Shown here: one piece after another, positions 62,170 to 64,000 of the stretch | How positions within the stretch are numbered: the first letter of the stretch is position 1 | Layout: the number at the start of each line of letters is the position of its first letter | Assembly: GCA_034669905.1 (NCBI GenBank) | Contig: JAXMOL010000038.1 | Location: 1 to 64,000 of the forward strand | Direction of reading: 5' to 3' | DNA: 64,000 nucleotides | From: Candidatus Hydrogenedentota bacterium | Lineage (GTDB): Bacteria; Hydrogenedentota; Hydrogenedentia; Hydrogenedentales; JAEUWI01 | The notes under the pieces: model-generated | The model's input: only the letters and a program-made list of their open reading frames with translations | Database searches by the model: none | Told to the model about the DNA's origin: nothing | Made by a program: the position numbers and the translations under genes

Positions 62170-62921
62170 GCCGTCGCCCCTTTCTTGCCCGTCGCACGAT
62201 CCACACGATCACTGGATACGACGCGCATGAATATTTCTTCCAGACTCTCGCCGCCTCCGCCTTTGGTCAGATTCTCCATCTTATCCTCTGCCACGATGCG
62301 GCCATGGTGAATAATGATGGCCCGTTCGCACAGCATGGCCACTTCCGGCAGGATATGGGTACTGATCAAGACGGTGTGCTTATCCCGCAGCCCCTTGATC
62401 ATCTGGCGAATCTCCACAATCTGGGCCGGATCCAGACCCACCGTGGGCTCATCCAGAATCAGCACCGGCGGACTGCCGATGAGGGCCTGTGCCAGTCCGA
62501 CCCGCTGCTTATACCCCTTTGAAAGATTCGCAATCAGGCGGTTGGCCATATGGCTGAGGCCGCAACGCTCCAGGGCCTCGCCCACTTCCGTGCGCCGCTT
62601 GGCCCGCGGAACCCCTTTGAGTTCCGCCACATAGCGCAAGAAGCTCGTCACCACCATCTCTTCGTAGAGGGGCACCCGCTCGGGCAAATAGCCAATGCGA
62701 CGCTTCACCTCCAAAGGATTCTGGTGCACCTCATATCCGGCAATGCGCGCCTCCCCTCGGGTGGCCGGCGCGAAAGCGGTCAAGATCCGCATCGTCGTGC
62801 TCTTGCCGGCCCCGTTGGGTCCCAGAAAGCCCACAATCTCGCCCTGGGCCACCTGAAACGAGAGGTCCTCCACCGCGGCGATGGGTCCGTAGTATTTCGT
62901 CAGACCTTCAACTGCAATCAT
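62166..62921 (-). CDS. ABC transporter ATP-binding protein (GldA-like)
   Basis: GPNGAGKST, LSKGYKQRVGLA, LILDEPTVGLDP, STH. Confidence 0.95.
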   Translation of the reverse strand: MIAVEGLTKYYGPIAAVEDLSFQVAQGEIVGFLGPNGAGKSTTMRILTAFAPATRGEARIAGYEVHQNPLEVKRRIGYLPERVPLYEEMVVTSFLRYVAELKGVPRAKRRTEVGEALERCGLSHMANRLIANLSKGYKQRVGLAQALIGSPPVLILDEPTVGLDPAQIVEIRQMIKGLRDKHTVLISTHILPEVAMLCERAIIIHHGRIVAEDKMENLTKGGGGESLEEIFMRVVSSDRVDRATGKKGATA

Positions 62922-63170
62922 GTTAGATCTCCGTCAAAATGACAAGAAACGGCCCATTTACGAAGTGTAAATAATATTACAACGACCAATAACCCGTTCA
63001 AAATATAAAGTAATAATGTATATGCACGGCATATTCCGCCGCTGGAAAGGGCAATATCTGCCGCTTCTATTGCACCATTATGGAACCATCCAATCCCCCG
63101 GAGGGGGGACGGGCTACTAAGTGTATGTATCCGCAAGGATTTAAATCAACTCTTCGGGGCATCGGCGTAT

Positions 63171-63185
63171 TGGCACGGTTAATGC
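63171..63185 (+). promoter_or_regulatory. Sigma-54 (-24/-12) promoter
   Basis: TGGCACGGTTAATGC with GG-N10-GC spacing, 45 bp upstream of the ATG at 63230. Confidence 0.72.
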
Positions 63186-63229
63186 GTATATCAATCCGCA
63201 TGATGAATGTGCAGAAAGGCAGGCACGAT

Positions 63230-63427
63230 ATGGTAGTTCAGTGTTGTGTATGTAAAAAAATCCGGGAAAATGGCGCGTGGGTCAGGCCTGCGAATCCGAT
63301 CCTCGACAGCAATTCCACCAGTCACGGGTATTGCCCCCATTGCGCGGACACCGCATTTCGCGAGGTAAGAGAGTACCATCGCCACAATCTTCGGGGCCTT
63401 CAGACGGCCAGCGCGACCACCCCATAA
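63230..63427 (+). CDS. Small Cys-rich (zinc-ribbon-like) protein, 65 aa
   Basis: MVVQCCVCKKIR....W...SHGYCPHC, resembling the CxxCKKIR...SHGxCPxC module seen at the end of signalling proteins; purine-rich RBS. Confidence 0.75.
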   Translation: MVVQCCVCKKIRENGAWVRPANPILDSNSTSHGYCPHCADTAFREVREYHRHNLRGLQTASATTP

Positions 63428-63457
63428 TCCGCGCGTATCACATAACAACGACACCTT

Positions 63458-64000
63458 CTAGCGGTCCAGTTCCTGGACCGCTTCTTCGTAGTAACGATGA
63501 AAGGGGGTCGGAAGTTGATAGCCGTCAAGGGTTTTTATACATTTTTCTTGCGGGACACTGTTATACGTGTTCCAAAATAGCACCTGCTTGTCCCGCAATC
63601 GGTCATTAGCGCCGTCATCCAGCAGGCAGTCAAAGGCTTTTCCCGTATACGTACCTTCCAGCGACAGCCCCGCCTGCGTATCCGCAGTGGCCACCGCCGC
63701 CATCCCGGATTCGGTAAAACGCCCATAATGGGGCCCGAGATAGCCATCCCGCAGACAAAACCGGGTTTCGGGAAAACTCAGCGCCGGAAACTCAGGCTCC
63801 GCCTTTCGTAACAACGCCACGGTACGCCTGTAAAGCATCCGGGCCTTCTTCACGCTTGTGAAGGGGGGCGCGGTCACCCGAACGGCCATCACGACCGTGT
63901 CCAATCCCGCCAACTGCAGTCCGATCAACAAGCCCACACAGGTGCCCATGGTGCCCGAAGCCACATAGATCCGGTCCGGTTCGGGTAGTAATCCCTCGGC
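63458..64000 (-). CDS. D-cysteine desulfhydrase / ACC deaminase family PLP enzyme, C-terminal part
   Basis: YVASGTMGT, GYLGPHYG, LEGTYTGKA and VLFWNTY; the ORF continues beyond the window. Confidence 0.85.
   Translation of the reverse strand, partial: AEGLLPEPDRIYVASGTMGTCVGLLIGLQLAGLDTVVMAVRVTAPPFTSVKKARMLYRRTVALLRKAEPEFPALSFPETRFCLRDGYLGPHYGRFTESGMAAVATADTQAGLSLEGTYTGKAFDCLLDDGANDRLRDKQVLFWNTYNSVPQEKCIKTLDGYQLPTPFHRYYEEAVQELDR

Noticed and set aside
57799..62921. Bacteroidota-type gliding or T9SS machinery
   Set aside because: No GldL/M/N or SprA-like genes; GldA/F/G-like ABC modules are widespread.

Overview
GC-rich bacterial DNA in which nearly every gene lies on the minus strand, forming a ~63 kb cell-surface and secretion super-locus. 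In transcription order: a partial PLP-dependent enzyme; a small divergent Cys-rich gene behind a sigma-54-type promoter; a GldA/F/G-like ABC module plus a DUF4340-type protein; a 4105-aa internally duplicated surface protein; a metzincin protease with an apparent internal signal peptide; a type II secretion operon (gspC-D-E-F-G-H-I-J-K-L-M); and a second type IV filament system (pilB, pilT, pilB, pilC, four prepilins, a 2608-aa PilX/GspK-like protein, a 1056-aa beta-helix protein, a PEGA-FGE lipoprotein, fused pilM-pilN, pilO-like, pilP-like and a truncated secretin). The most unusual element is the second system: it has a retractile type IV pilus motor, but its major pilin is GspG-like and its giant tip subunit is GspK-like. 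REP-like repeats sit in T2SS intergenic regions. The (Gly-Glu)n linker suggests Candidatus Hydrogenedentota, which is inference only. No rRNA, tRNA, CRISPR array or transposase was recognised. All family calls are by eye; no searches were run.
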